From Patescibacteria group bacterium (GTDB lineage: Bacteria > Patescibacteriota > Minisyncoccia > Phycocordibacterales > UBA12088): a stretch of DNA of 64,000 bases. The stretch covers positions 3,823-67,822 of the forward strand of contig WFWH01000002.1 of NCBI GenBank assembly GCA_015491245.1, read 5' to 3'. The stretch's first letter is position 1. Each line of letters starts with the position of its first letter. The notes under the pieces were generated by a model. That model was given only the letters and a program-made list of their open reading frames with translations. It did not search any database and was not told the DNA's origin. The position numbers and the translations under genes are program-made. This document shows positions 1 to 9,689 of this stretch, piece after piece.

Positions 1-1
1 A

Positions 2-2128
2 AAATTCGTCTGCGAGAATAACGTTGGAGGGGACTTCACACATTACGTACACGCGCAGGCCAGGATCTTTTTTCCTGTCTAGCCCATGCTCCGCCATCAC
101 TGCGAGCACCGCATCCGCCTCTTCCAACGTGCGGCAAAAGGGCACCATGGGCACTATGTTCTCAAGCCCCAACACGGTACGCGCACGGGCGAGCGCACGG
201 CACTCAAGCCCGAACGCATCGCGAAATGCCTCGTGGTAATAGCGCGAAGCGCCGCGCCAGCCGATCATAGGGTTCGCTTCCTCCGGCTCATAAAGCGCAC
301 CGCCGATGAGCGTACGATACTCATTGGTTTTAAAATCGGAAAAGCGGATGATAACGTCGTGCGGGAAAAACGCGGCGGCGATTTTCGCCACCCCCTCCGC
401 GAGTTCTTCCACGTAGTATGCGCTCTTGTCTTCATAGCCCACGGTGAGGCGCGCGATCTCTTGTGCCACGCGGCGCACGTGCGCATCTTCTGAGTTTTTC
501 AGCTCCTCGTAGTGGAGGAGCGCATTGGGATGAATGCGCAGCTGTGAGGAGATAATAAACTCCAACCTGCCCAGCCCAACGCCCTGCACGGGAAGAAAAT
601 GGTTTTTGAGCGCCTCCTGCGGCGAGCCGATATTGACCATGATTTTCGTCTGGGTCCGGGGTATCTTCTCGAGCTGATGCTCCTCCTTGGTAAACGCGAG
701 AGCGCCACGCAGCACGAGCCCTTCCTTTCCCGAAGCGCAGTCCACCGTAACCACCTCGCCGTCGTGAAGCGTCGCCGTTGCATCGCCGCACCCCACCACG
801 CAGGGAATACCCAGCTCACGGGAGACAATTGCCGCGTGGCTGGTTCTCCCCCCCTTGTCGGTAACAATGGCGGCGGCAATTTTCATGATCGGCTCCCAGT
901 CGGGGTCGGTGATTTCCGTCACCAGCACTTCCCCTTTTTGGAACGAGCCAATTTCTTTAACGTCGCGGATAACCCGTACCGCCCCCGTGGCGATTTTGGT
1001 GCCCACGGCCGTGCCGCGCGCCAACACGGGACCGTCCTCGGTACGGGTGTACGACACCACCACGCGCCCGCGTGCCGAGGAGTGCACCGTTTCGGGGCGC
1101 GCTTGTACAATAAAAAGGTCCCCCGTTTTGCCGTCCTTTGCCCACTCCATATCCATGGGCTGCGGGCGGCCGTAGCGTTGTGAAAAATGCTGCTCTATGG
1201 CAACCGCCCATCGCGCCAATTGCGCCACCTCCGCATCTTCAAGGCAAAAACGTGTGCGCTCCTCTTCTAGTGCCCCCACCACCATGCCACCGGTTTCTCC
1301 ATATATCATTTTTACCTCCTTCGCGCCCAAATCTTTGGCAATAATACCGTCCAGTCCTTTTTCTAAAGAGGGCTTAAACACCATAAATGCATCGGGGGTC
1401 ACCTTCCCCTGTACCACCATCTCACCCAACCCATACGAGCCCTCAATAACGACCACCTTATCAAACCCGGTTTCAGGATCTATAGAAAACATCACCCCGC
1501 TCGCTGCTAAATCGCTGCGGACCATCACCTGCACCCCCACCGAGAGCGCCACACCGGTATGCGGAAACCCCTTATCTTCCCGATACGAGATGGCGCGATC
1601 GGTAAAAAGGGAGGCAAAGCACCTTTTGGTATGCGCAACGACCGCTTCCTCTCCCACCACGTTCAGATACGTTTCCTGCTGCCCCGCAAAAGAGGCACCA
1701 GGAAGGTCCTCGGCGGTGGCGGAAGAGCGTACCGCCACATCTGGTTTCTGGTACTCTGCCACCAACGCACGGTACGCGTGCGCAATTTCCTCCCGCAAAT
1801 CGTCGGGGAGGCGCGCTTCCATGATGAGCGCCCGCACCTGCGCGCCGCGCGCCTGCAGGTCTTTAATATCCCTTACGTCCAGTTTGGCGAGCACCGCCTG
1901 TATCTTTTGGGTAAGGCCCTGCGAATCCAGAAAGTAGCGATACGCACGTGCCGTCACCGCAAAGCCATCGGGAACCCGCACACCCAGGGGCGCGAGCTGT
2001 GCAACCATCTCTCCTAACGCGGCATTTTTTCCCCCCACCAGCGGCACATCGTCAAGGGAAAGCTCACGGAAAGGGATAATATTCCTCTCCGCGCGCGCGG
2101 GAGGCTGTGATGTGGCGGGTATGGACAT
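2..2128 (-). CDS. ppsA: phosphoenolpyruvate synthase (pyruvate, water dikinase); 3' end runs off the window
   Basis: Not in the ORF track because there is no stop in the window. Manual translation from ATG 2128 gives MSIPATSQ...FRELSLDDVPLVGGKNAALGEM...GVRVPDGFAVT. The same frame reads GLRVYVMCEVPSNVILADEF at the window edge. Confidence 0.93.
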   Translation of the reverse strand, partial: MSIPATSQPPARAERNIIPFRELSLDDVPLVGGKNAALGEMVAQLAPLGVRVPDGFAVTARAYRYFLDSQGLTQKIQAVLAKLDVRDIKDLQARGAQVRALIMEARLPDDLREEIAHAYRALVAEYQKPDVAVRSSATAEDLPGASFAGQQETYLNVVGEEAVVAHTKRCFASLFTDRAISYREDKGFPHTGVALSVGVQVMVRSDLAASGVMFSIDPETGFDKVVVIEGSYGLGEMVVQGKVTPDAFMVFKPSLEKGLDGIIAKDLGAKEVKMIYGETGGMVVGALEEERTRFCLEDAEVAQLARWAVAIEQHFSQRYGRPQPMDMEWAKDGKTGDLFIVQARPETVHSSARGRVVVSYTRTEDGPVLARGTAVGTKIATGAVRVIRDVKEIGSFQKGEVLVTEITDPDWEPIMKIAAAIVTDKGGRTSHAAIVSRELGIPCVVGCGDATATLHDGEVVTVDCASGKEGLVLRGALAFTKEEHQLEKIPRTQTKIMVNIGSPQEALKNHFLPVQGVGLGRLEFIISSQLRIHPNALLHYEELKNSEDAHVRRVAQEIARLTVGYEDKSAYYVEELAEGVAKIAAAFFPHDVIIRFSDFKTNEYRTLIGGALYEPEEANPMIGWRGASRYYHEAFRDAFGLECRALARARTVLGLENIVPMVPFCRTLEEADAVLAVMAEHGLDRKKDPGLRVYVMCEVPSNVILADEF

Positions 2129-2152
2129 CAAAGCAACGCGCTGCGCTCTCGC

Positions 2153-3457
2153 TCATTCCTTCATGGCGATGAGGAGATCCGCAACGTTACTTCCAGTATA
2201 CCCCGTCTCTAGTACGTCCTCCAACTGTGCAAAAAAAGGAGAGGCGTCAAAGCGCGCGCGGTACTTTTCGGCGATGAGCCCCGCCTCCTGCGCGCGGCGT
2301 CGTGTCTCTGCGTCCACGAGTGCCCCCGCATACGGCCCATTGTCTCTGCCGTCACTCGCGCAGGCAAGCAGAAGTTCGCCTTCATGCAGGTGTGACAGCG
2401 CACAGAGGGCGAGGTGCTGATTGCGTCCTCCTTTCCCCGCCGTGTCGCGCACGGTGACCGTAGTCTCACCCCCATACAAAAGCACGGTACGCGGCGCGGC
2501 GTGGTGGAGGGTATGGGTGATGGTGCGCGCTACCTCCTCTGCATCCCCTTCCAATACATCGGAGGCAATCTCAGCGGCGTATTCTAAACTAAACGCGGCA
2601 CCACGCATTGCGGCAAGCGCGATGCGATTGTTGACTGCCACAACGTGAGAGATGCGCGAAAAGAGCGCGGCATCCTTGGGTGTCTCCAATAAGTGGGGCG
2701 CAAAGCGTGCGGCAAGCGGGGGCGCAACGCGCGCGAGGACCCGCAAGGCGTCCTCTTTCGTGGAGGGATCGCGTACGGTAGGGCCCGAAGCTACTATGCT
2801 AATATCGTCCCCTGGCACATCGGAGAAAATAAGTGCCACCATCCGCGCAGGATATGCGCGTGCCGCCAAGTTGCCGCCCCGCGCCAGGGAGAGGTGCTTG
2901 CGCACCACGTTCACCTCACCGATGGGGATACCGTGCTGAAAGAGTGCGCGCATCAGGAGCGTCTCTTCCTCGCAGGTGTGGTGTGCCGGCTGGCACAACA
3001 GCGTGGAGCCGCCGCCGGAGATTACCGCAATGACCACATCTCGTTCTCCTGCCCCATCTAAGAGCGTGAGAATCTCTTTCGTATACGCGACATTGTCTGC
3101 TGAGGGAAAGGGATGGGTACCGGCGCGCGCGCGTATGCGCGTAAGGGTTTCATGCGCGGCACGCACATCCACCACGATACCATCATCAATACGGTCGCCG
3201 AGTATTTCCTCAAGCGCACATGCAGCTTCCAGTGCACACTTTCCCACTCCCACCACCAAAAGGCGGTTAATTTCATCCCACGCAAAGCATTGTCCTGCAA
3301 TGCACACCCTTTCCGTATCAGCGGTGACTGTCCGACGTATCGCCTCTCGCGTGCGTATTGCATGAAGCCCCGCCCCTAGTATGGTGAGCGCCGCGATGCG
3401 CTGCGGCGTGCGGGAAATCGCCGCGGCATTGCGCAACCATGGAAAGCGAGAGCTCAT
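2153..3457 (-). CDS. glycerate 2-kinase (MOFRL / TtuD-GckA family)
   Basis: Motifs VVGVGK, HPFPS, ISGGGS, RKHLSLARGG, SDVPGDD...SGPT, GGETTV, GKGGRNQ, SDGRD, TGSNVADL. Start placed at MSSRF. Confidence 0.88.
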   Translation of the reverse strand: MSSRFPWLRNAAAISRTPQRIAALTILGAGLHAIRTREAIRRTVTADTERVCIAGQCFAWDEINRLLVVGVGKCALEAACALEEILGDRIDDGIVVDVRAAHETLTRIRARAGTHPFPSADNVAYTKEILTLLDGAGERDVVIAVISGGGSTLLCQPAHHTCEEETLLMRALFQHGIPIGEVNVVRKHLSLARGGNLAARAYPARMVALIFSDVPGDDISIVASGPTVRDPSTKEDALRVLARVAPPLAARFAPHLLETPKDAALFSRISHVVAVNNRIALAAMRGAAFSLEYAAEIASDVLEGDAEEVARTITHTLHHAAPRTVLLYGGETTVTVRDTAGKGGRNQHLALCALSHLHEGELLLACASDGRDNGPYAGALVDAETRRRAQEAGLIAEKYRARFDASPFFAQLEDVLETGYTGSNVADLLIAMKE

Positions 3458-3528
3458 GGAGTAAACGCTTACTGCATTAGTGTAGGGCAAAAGTATGTTT
3501 TTTGCTAGAATGCATGGTGACAATCCTC

Positions 3529-4245
3529 ATGAGGCACCCACACTCCTCCCGCCGCCGCACTGGCATTGCATTGGGGCTTACCGTTGCCGTATTACTCTTC
3601 ACGGCACTGGGTATTGCGCTGCGTTACCGCACCCCCTCCAGCGAGGGGCAACTTGTACTTGCGCCAGCACAGCGCGTGCTGGCGGTGGGTGCCACCACAA
3701 GCGTTACCGTTATGCTACGCACCCGCATTCCCGTTGCCACGGTTGCGGGGAGCATTGTTTTGCCTGATGAGGTATCCCTCTTGTCACTAGACCCCTCGCG
3801 CTCGCTCGTGGAGCTGTGGACCCAAAAGCCCACCGCCCGATCTGCCAAGATCATTTCCTTTAGGGGCGGTATTGCCAACGGCTTCCAGGGAACTGGTGAG
3901 GTATTCACTTTTGTGGTGCGTGCAGATACGCCAGGAACCGCGGAGCTCCTCGTGCTCGACCCCCAATTGCGTACCCGTAAGGGGAAAGGGGGCAATATTG
4001 CGGTAGTGTCCGAGCCGCTGATACTCAAAATACAGCGCAGGGAGAGCGCTGCGCATCCCTCGGAATACATCGGTACTGATAACACTACACAGGAGGTAGC
4101 AGCCTATGGGAGAATTACCGCTATGGGATACGTATGTGTGGGGTATCATCTTCCGGCAGCACGGGCGCTTCAAAGCAGGAGGATGCAGAAACACACCCCA
4201 CATACGCGCTTTTCCCAGTGTCAGCGCGGAGGCGCCTTCCTGTAA
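3529..4245 (+). CDS. membrane-anchored cohesin-domain protein
   Basis: N-terminal TM (GIALGLTVAVLLFTALGIAL), then a beta-sandwich with a cohesin-like pattern (VGATTSVTVML...SLVELWTQKP...ISFRGGIANGFQGTGEVFTFVVRA...GTAEL) shared with the two neighbouring genes. TGcTAGAAT box upstream. Confidence 0.65.
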   Translation: MRHPHSSRRRTGIALGLTVAVLLFTALGIALRYRTPSSEGQLVLAPAQRVLAVGATTSVTVMLRTRIPVATVAGSIVLPDEVSLLSLDPSRSLVELWTQKPTARSAKIISFRGGIANGFQGTGEVFTFVVRADTPGTAELLVLDPQLRTRKGKGGNIAVVSEPLILKIQRRESAAHPSEYIGTDNTTQEVAAYGRITAMGYVCVGYHLPAARALQSRRMQKHTPHTRFSQCQRGGAFL

Positions 4246-6038
4246 CGCTGCCGCTTGGGGATGCGTACCGGCGCCAAAGGATGTGTTGCCGCCGCGGCAC
4301 TTTCATCCAGCTCCCGGGAAATGTGCGCCTTGGTGCGCGGAAAGCCATGAACGAGTTGCGCGTGCAATGCGCGCTCCCTCCTGGTAAGAGGACGCGTTTT
4401 CCCCTCTTTTTCCCAAGAGCGCGCACAGCGCGCGACGCCACTCTCCAGCGGCGCAAATGAATCCGCCTCTGCCGTACGCGTTCGGGCGCGCACTTTCCCT
4501 GCCACGCGTGCGCCTCCCTGCCACACGAGCCACAAGAGCACCCCCAGAAGAGTAAGGGCGCCCATAAGCGTCGCCGCCATGGAGATATAGCTCACTGCAA
4601 TAGAGCCAAAGAGCAGAATCTTTGGCTGGCGCACCGGTATTAACGGAGTAGCCACAGTATTGCTCTCTGCGCCTTTCTCATTTCGCACTTTCAAAAAGAT
4701 TTCATATTCTCCCTCGGGGGCCGCGGCGAACGCCTCGAGCGCAAAATTGCCGTTTGCATCAGCGCGCGTTTCAATGGTGGCACGCGCCATTCCATCGCGG
4801 CGCACCTGCGCCACCACGCGACCGCGCGGATAGGTGGTACCGCGCACGATGAGGGGGCTCCCCACCGATACCACCCGGGGGACCTCTCCCAGCACGGGCG
4901 CCTTCAGTGGTGCCACGACGAATGAAACGGTGGTGGCAGTGCGGTTGCCGGCCCAATCGTATGCTGCTACCGTAAGCGCGTGCGTACCCGGACCTTCCGC
5001 AGAAATCGTGTAGCGCCCCTCCTCATCCGGCGCCCACTTTTGCGGCGGCGCGCCATTAAGCGATGCCGTGAAGTAGGCAATGCCCGAAAAGGCATCCTCT
5101 CCCTCAACAATAAAGCGCACGCGCGGATCGGTGCGGTCGCGCCGCGCGTACTCTTCTATTCGGGTGAACTGCGGAGGGGTAGTATCCACGCGCAGAGGGT
5201 AGTGCTGTACCGTACCCCAAACACCATTGTCCTTTACCTGGAGGTGAAAATACGACACCCCGTCGGGAAGGTCCGCGTAGCGCATGGTGCGCGTGCCGGG
5301 TGCGAGGCGGCGCATGGGGACGCCGCGAGGGTCTTGATCCAACCCCACACGCACCGCTGCCGCATCTCCCGGGAGTTGCCAGCGCAACAGCGCGGTAGAG
5401 GTCGCATACCAACGCATCGGATCGGGATGCGTGGATGACTGAATTACCCCTCCTGGCGCCACACGTGCTCCTGCGGCTTGCGCCACAAAAGAAAGCGCCG
5501 GAAGTACCTCCCGCGCGGTAATAGTGTAGGCACCGGACCGCAATTGGCTCAAAATATTAGTGGCCCTTCCGTTTGCCGCTAGCACCGCCGCTCCTTGGGA
5601 AAACCATACTTGGCTGGCTTTGTTACGCAGTGCGCGCAAGCGCACCGAGAACAGGAGCCCCTCTGCTCCCGAAAAGTCACTCCCCGGTGCAACCGCCCCG
5701 GAAAACACAATACGGCCCTCATCGGAGTTGTAGGAAGGCGGTGTCACCCATGAGGAAAAAATAGATCCCTCTGTTTCAATGGCTACCAGTTCCCAATCCT
5801 CCTCATCAAAAGCTAGTGCTCCCTCCGCCGCATTGATTTTCTCTTTGCCGGTATTGACCATTACGCGAATGGTAAATTCCTCCCCAAGGGTAACCAGCGC
5901 CGTTGGCGGAGCGACATAGAGGAGTGCATCCTCAGCGCGAACCGACAGAGGAAACAGCAGCACAAGGGCCCACACCCACACCACTGCGGCACATGCGGCG
6001 GCAGTGCGCAGAGTTTTAGCGCTCTCGCTCTGTGCCAT
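4221..6038 (-). CDS. surface protein: signal peptide, cohesin domain, Ig-like domains, C-terminal TM and basic tail
   Basis: Signal ...LLFPLSVRA; cohesin-like GEEFTIRVMVNTGKEKINAAEG...GSIFSSW...GRIVFSG; then SSTHPD...DTTPP and Ig-like strands; TM YISMAATLMGALTLLGVLLWLVW. Start MAQSES lies just after the upstream stop at 6046. Confidence 0.72.
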   Translation of the reverse strand: MAQSESAKTLRTAAACAAVVWVWALVLLFPLSVRAEDALLYVAPPTALVTLGEEFTIRVMVNTGKEKINAAEGALAFDEEDWELVAIETEGSIFSSWVTPPSYNSDEGRIVFSGAVAPGSDFSGAEGLLFSVRLRALRNKASQVWFSQGAAVLAANGRATNILSQLRSGAYTITAREVLPALSFVAQAAGARVAPGGVIQSSTHPDPMRWYATSTALLRWQLPGDAAAVRVGLDQDPRGVPMRRLAPGTRTMRYADLPDGVSYFHLQVKDNGVWGTVQHYPLRVDTTPPQFTRIEEYARRDRTDPRVRFIVEGEDAFSGIAYFTASLNGAPPQKWAPDEEGRYTISAEGPGTHALTVAAYDWAGNRTATTVSFVVAPLKAPVLGEVPRVVSVGSPLIVRGTTYPRGRVVAQVRRDGMARATIETRADANGNFALEAFAAAPEGEYEIFLKVRNEKGAESNTVATPLIPVRQPKILLFGSIAVSYISMAATLMGALTLLGVLLWLVWQGGARVAGKVRARTRTAEADSFAPLESGVARCARSWEKEGKTRPLTRRERALHAQLVHGFPRTKAHISRELDESAAAATHPLAPVRIPKRQRYRKAPPR

Positions 6039-6045
6039 ACTTCCA

Positions 6046-7146
6046 TCACTCCGCAGTGCGGCGCGCATCTCCCGCATCCACATCTGACGCCACTCCCTGC
6101 CCCCGCACCGCCGCGCGTGCGGCACTCCCCGCAAGCCGCCGCTGCCGCACGCGCCACCACAGCGCAACCAGTGCCGCGCCGCCCACGAGGGCAATCCCCC
6201 ACCCCCACAGAGGAATACGGCGATAGGGGGCGCGCGTCTGTGCAGCAGGAGGTTGGTAACGCACCACGCGCGCATTGCCCGCTTTATCCACCGCCTTAAC
6301 CTCAATCACGCTCCTGAGGCTTTGGTCTTTCAACACATAGGGGCTTGCAGCCACCTCCCACCGCGCGGCGCCTTTTTTTCCGATGGGGAGCACGCCACGG
6401 GCAGCGCCCACCTCGCGTACCTCGTAGTGGTCAATGCCGCTTTGTTTGTCCGTCGTGGAGAACGCAATGTAGTACCTGCCGTCCGCCACCGCAGGATCAT
6501 TGTTGAGCACGATAGAAAATAGCTCAGGTGCCACCGTATCCTGCCGCACACGTGCGAGCCACTCGTCTCGTGCCGGGCGCGCCAAATAGGGAGCAACGGT
6601 AAGCACCGAAGACCTCGCAGTGGTGGGAAGCAGCGTTCCCCGCCCGTCATGGGCATACACGCGCGTAAAATCTATACTCACACGCGCCTCCTGCGGCTCT
6701 TGGACGGCACCTTGCACCAAAAAGGCAATATCCGCGAGAATGTTGGGGGCGTCGGGGCCATTTGAGTTTCCTCCGCAGTAGCCGCCAGGGATGCCGCCGG
6801 AAAACCGTACCACCCCCTCCCCTTTATCAATTTTTGGCACCTCGGGCCACAGCGAGAGTATCGAGCGCCCCCTGCCCACATCCACCGCGGTGAGGAGGTT
6901 TCGGTCGTAGCGCACCACTACCTCCACCGCGTTTACGCATGCGCCCTCGGTATCAAGGCGCAACGGCAGTACCACCACATCCCCACGCTGCAGTGCCGCA
7001 TTTCGCGCGTCAAAGGAGATTATCGCCGCACGCGCGGGGAGGGTGGGAGAGAAAAGCATCCCCAGCACCCACAGCACCCCCCACACCGCACCATGCGCTC
7101 TACGCACCCACACGGTATCACGTAGCGTGGAAGGAAACGGTGCCAT
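6046..7146 (-). CDS. surface protein: signal peptide, cohesin domain, Ig-like domain, C-terminal TM
   Basis: Cohesin-like GDVVVLPLRLDTEGACVNAVEVVVRYD...SILSLWPEVP...GVVRFSGGIPGG; DTVAP...TTDKQSGIDHYEV module; TM WGWGIALVGGAALVALWW followed by RVRQRR. TATACT box 7 nt before the ATG. Confidence 0.75.
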   Translation of the reverse strand: MAPFPSTLRDTVWVRRAHGAVWGVLWVLGMLFSPTLPARAAIISFDARNAALQRGDVVVLPLRLDTEGACVNAVEVVVRYDRNLLTAVDVGRGRSILSLWPEVPKIDKGEGVVRFSGGIPGGYCGGNSNGPDAPNILADIAFLVQGAVQEPQEARVSIDFTRVYAHDGRGTLLPTTARSSVLTVAPYLARPARDEWLARVRQDTVAPELFSIVLNNDPAVADGRYYIAFSTTDKQSGIDHYEVREVGAARGVLPIGKKGAARWEVAASPYVLKDQSLRSVIEVKAVDKAGNARVVRYQPPAAQTRAPYRRIPLWGWGIALVGGAALVALWWRVRQRRLAGSAARAAVRGQGVASDVDAGDARRTAE

Positions 7147-7184
7147 TGCCTAGAGTATACCGCACATGGGGGTGTGTGTATGCC

Positions 7185-8426
7185 CTACCCGGTCCAATAA
7201 AAGAGCATGATGGAAAAATCCGCGAGTCCCACAGTGCCATCGCGGTCAAAATCCGCCCGCGCTGCGGCGGTGCTCCACTCAAAAAGTAAGATGGAAAAAT
7301 CTATTAGATCAACCCTTCCGTCCTGATTAATATCAGGACTAATGGGGATATCGACATCCTGTATTCCCACGTAAAAACCTACCAGCTGACTAAATCCACT
7401 CTCGCTCTCTAGATTGCGCGGATTACGATAGCGCGCTTTGGCGCTGTGAAAGCGCTCATTTTCAAGGGTGTCGGTGGTAAACGCCACTGCCCACGCACCA
7501 TCACGCGCACTGGTGGTGGCTATGGTGATAGCATTATCCACCAAAACCTCTACTGAGTGTTCAGGGGCAGCATACCCCTGAAACGTGAGCGACTGCCCCA
7601 GCGCCACTTTCTCGGGCACCGCCGCAATGGTGGGGGGAACGAGTATCGTGCTAATGGTGGTTTGCGCTCCCTGCGCTACCTCAATGGTGGATGTATAGGT
7701 GATGGATTTTCTCCCCTCTGGATCTTCGGCGCGAAAACCAAAAGTGGCTACACCGGGGGTAAACGCACGGAATGTGTAGGAAAATTCTCCTTCATCGTCA
7801 GCGCTCACCTCTTTCTCTACCTCCCCATCAACAAGAATGCTCACCGCTGCGCCAGGGTACGCCATACCTTCCACCTGCACCTCAGTGGGCGCATCTACAT
7901 CAATCGTTCCCTCGGGCGCGCCATCGGGATCCTTCCCCCCACTGGATCCGCCGCCACCACCCCCACCTCCACCACCGCCAGGGTTCGTGGTGGGAGCGGC
8001 TTCATTAAGGCACACGGCACTGCACAGGTCTCCATCTATATTATTCCCATCGTCACACTCCTCACCAAAAAGCGTTTGTAAAATATCGTCGCCGCAATAT
8101 GGGCCATAGCCGCTGCAACTGGCATTGCAGCGCCTCGTGGCGGTAGAGGTGGCATACGCACCGTCATTATTGGCGCTCCCATCATCACACACCTCATTGG
8201 TGCTGATCACCCCATCACCGCAGACACCCACGGAAAGCGTGGTAGTGAATTCTCCTGGGCTGCTCTGCCCCCACACCCACAGCGGGAGCAATGCCACCAC
8301 AGCCACTATTGCGTACCTCCACCATACGAACCCATACCATCGCCGTATTTGCATATGTTGTAGTGCTACCGGCACTTGCCGCATGCGTGTGTCTGTGCCA
8401 CCTCCCTTAAACGCCACATGGGACAC
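7185..8426 (-). CDS. secreted protein: Myxococcus-type cysteine-rich repeats, poly-Gly linker, Ig-like domains, C-terminal dockerin (start uncertain)
   Basis: CGDGVISTNEVCDDG and CGDDILQTLFGEECDDGNNIDGDLCSAVC repeats; G-rich linker; duplicated Ca-loop/helix DINQDGRVDLIDFSILL and DFDRDGTVGLADFSIML at the C-terminus. Confidence 0.8.
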   Translation of the reverse strand: MSHVAFKGGGTDTRMRQVPVALQHMQIRRWYGFVWWRYAIVAVVALLPLWVWGQSSPGEFTTTLSVGVCGDGVISTNEVCDDGSANNDGAYATSTATRRCNASCSGYGPYCGDDILQTLFGEECDDGNNIDGDLCSAVCLNEAAPTTNPGGGGGGGGGGGSSGGKDPDGAPEGTIDVDAPTEVQVEGMAYPGAAVSILVDGEVEKEVSADDEGEFSYTFRAFTPGVATFGFRAEDPEGRKSITYTSTIEVAQGAQTTISTILVPPTIAAVPEKVALGQSLTFQGYAAPEHSVEVLVDNAITIATTSARDGAWAVAFTTDTLENERFHSAKARYRNPRNLESESGFSQLVGFYVGIQDVDIPISPDINQDGRVDLIDFSILLFEWSTAAARADFDRDGTVGLADFSIMLFYWTG

Positions 8427-8764
8427 ACCTTACCGGCGTGCACGAGTCCCGCTGGAGTACCGGCATCAGGCACAGCATCGCGCGCGGGAGCTTTAGCCTC
8501 CGCACATGCCATACCATAAATTCGTAAATACCCACACGCAGGAAATGCAGCAGTGCCGGAAACGTTACCCCGCTTCAGGGGACCCGCTAGCTTCCTACGT
8601 GGCGCACGCGGTGGGGGATCCCACCTCCTCGCGCCACAGAGGTGCCGCGGGTGCGGCATACTGATAATTGTACCGCCATTCAAGAAGTTTGGAAAAATGC
8701 TCTAATTTCTAATCTATTGCAAATTTTCTGAAAACACTTCCTCGTCGCTTAATGTACGATGACC

Positions 8765-9586
8765 TCAGCGCCACGCCACCAGGAATAGGAGCGCCAATGC
8801 AAGTGCAACACGGTAGTACACAAACCAGGTAAGGGTAAAGGTGCGCAAAAACCACATGAGAAAATGAATCGCCGCCATGCCAGAGAGAAAAGCCGCCGCC
8901 AACCCCGCCACCACGGCCGTCCCTGCCGCCTGTAGTGTACCCTTTTGCCAGAGCGAAAGCGCCTCGAGAGATCCTGCGCCGACGATGATGGGCAGGGCGA
9001 GCATAAATGAAAAGCGCGCGGCAGCGGCGCGTGAGAGCCCCGCAAACAATCCTCCCGAAATAGTAGCGCCCGAGCGCGACATGCCCGGCACCAATGCAAG
9101 CGCCTGAAAAAGGCCGATGAGCAAACCTTGCCGCAGAGTGGGATACTCCGCCGATGCGCCGTACCGCGCATGCCAGCGCTCCGCAGCCATAAACAATGCG
9201 GAACCAGCCAGCAAACCGCCCGCAATCACCAGCGGCGTGCGGAGTGTTTCCGCAACAATCTTTTCCCCCCACGCACCTGCCAGAGCAGCGGGCACGGTGC
9301 CCACCATCAACGCGAGAATGAATCCCTTTTCTTGCCGCGCGATTTCCTTGCCGCGCACCCACCGGAAACCATCGCGTAAAAGGCGCAAAAAATCCCTGCG
9401 GAAATACATGAGCACCGCTAGCGCGGTGGCAAAGTGCAGCAGCGCATCAAATGCGAGTGCGTCTGCGCCTCGCGCTTCCAATCCCAAGAGAAGGCGCGCC
9501 AGAATAAGATGGGCGGTGGAAGAAACGGGGAGAAATTCGGTAAGTCCCTGTACGGCTCCCAGTACTACGGCGGTAACGGTATCCAT
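8765..9586 (-). CDS. uppP: undecaprenyl-diphosphate phosphatase (BacA)
   Basis: QGLTEFLPVSSTAHL and LVPGMSRSGATI motifs; multi-TM. Confidence 0.95.
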   Translation of the reverse strand: MDTVTAVVLGAVQGLTEFLPVSSTAHLILARLLLGLEARGADALAFDALLHFATALAVLMYFRRDFLRLLRDGFRWVRGKEIARQEKGFILALMVGTVPAALAGAWGEKIVAETLRTPLVIAGGLLAGSALFMAAERWHARYGASAEYPTLRQGLLIGLFQALALVPGMSRSGATISGGLFAGLSRAAAARFSFMLALPIIVGAGSLEALSLWQKGTLQAAGTAVVAGLAAAFLSGMAAIHFLMWFLRTFTLTWFVYYRVALALALLFLVAWR

Positions 9587-9689
9587 GATGATGGCTGAAC
9601 AAAATGTGTTGCCGCAGCAGACGAGGGCGCCGACCGCGGCGCACTGTGCTATACTGGCACTGCTTTAGCATACTAGCCTACGCCGGCCT

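Noticed and set aside
6039-6305. Extended start for the 694-aa cohesin ORF
   Set aside because: It overlaps the 3' end of the upstream cohesin gene; the signal peptide fits MAQSES.
8427-8764. Possible regulatory leader or small ORF upstream of the dockerin gene
   Set aside because: A TACAAT box is present but the -35 is weak, and I found no convincing structure or coding signal.
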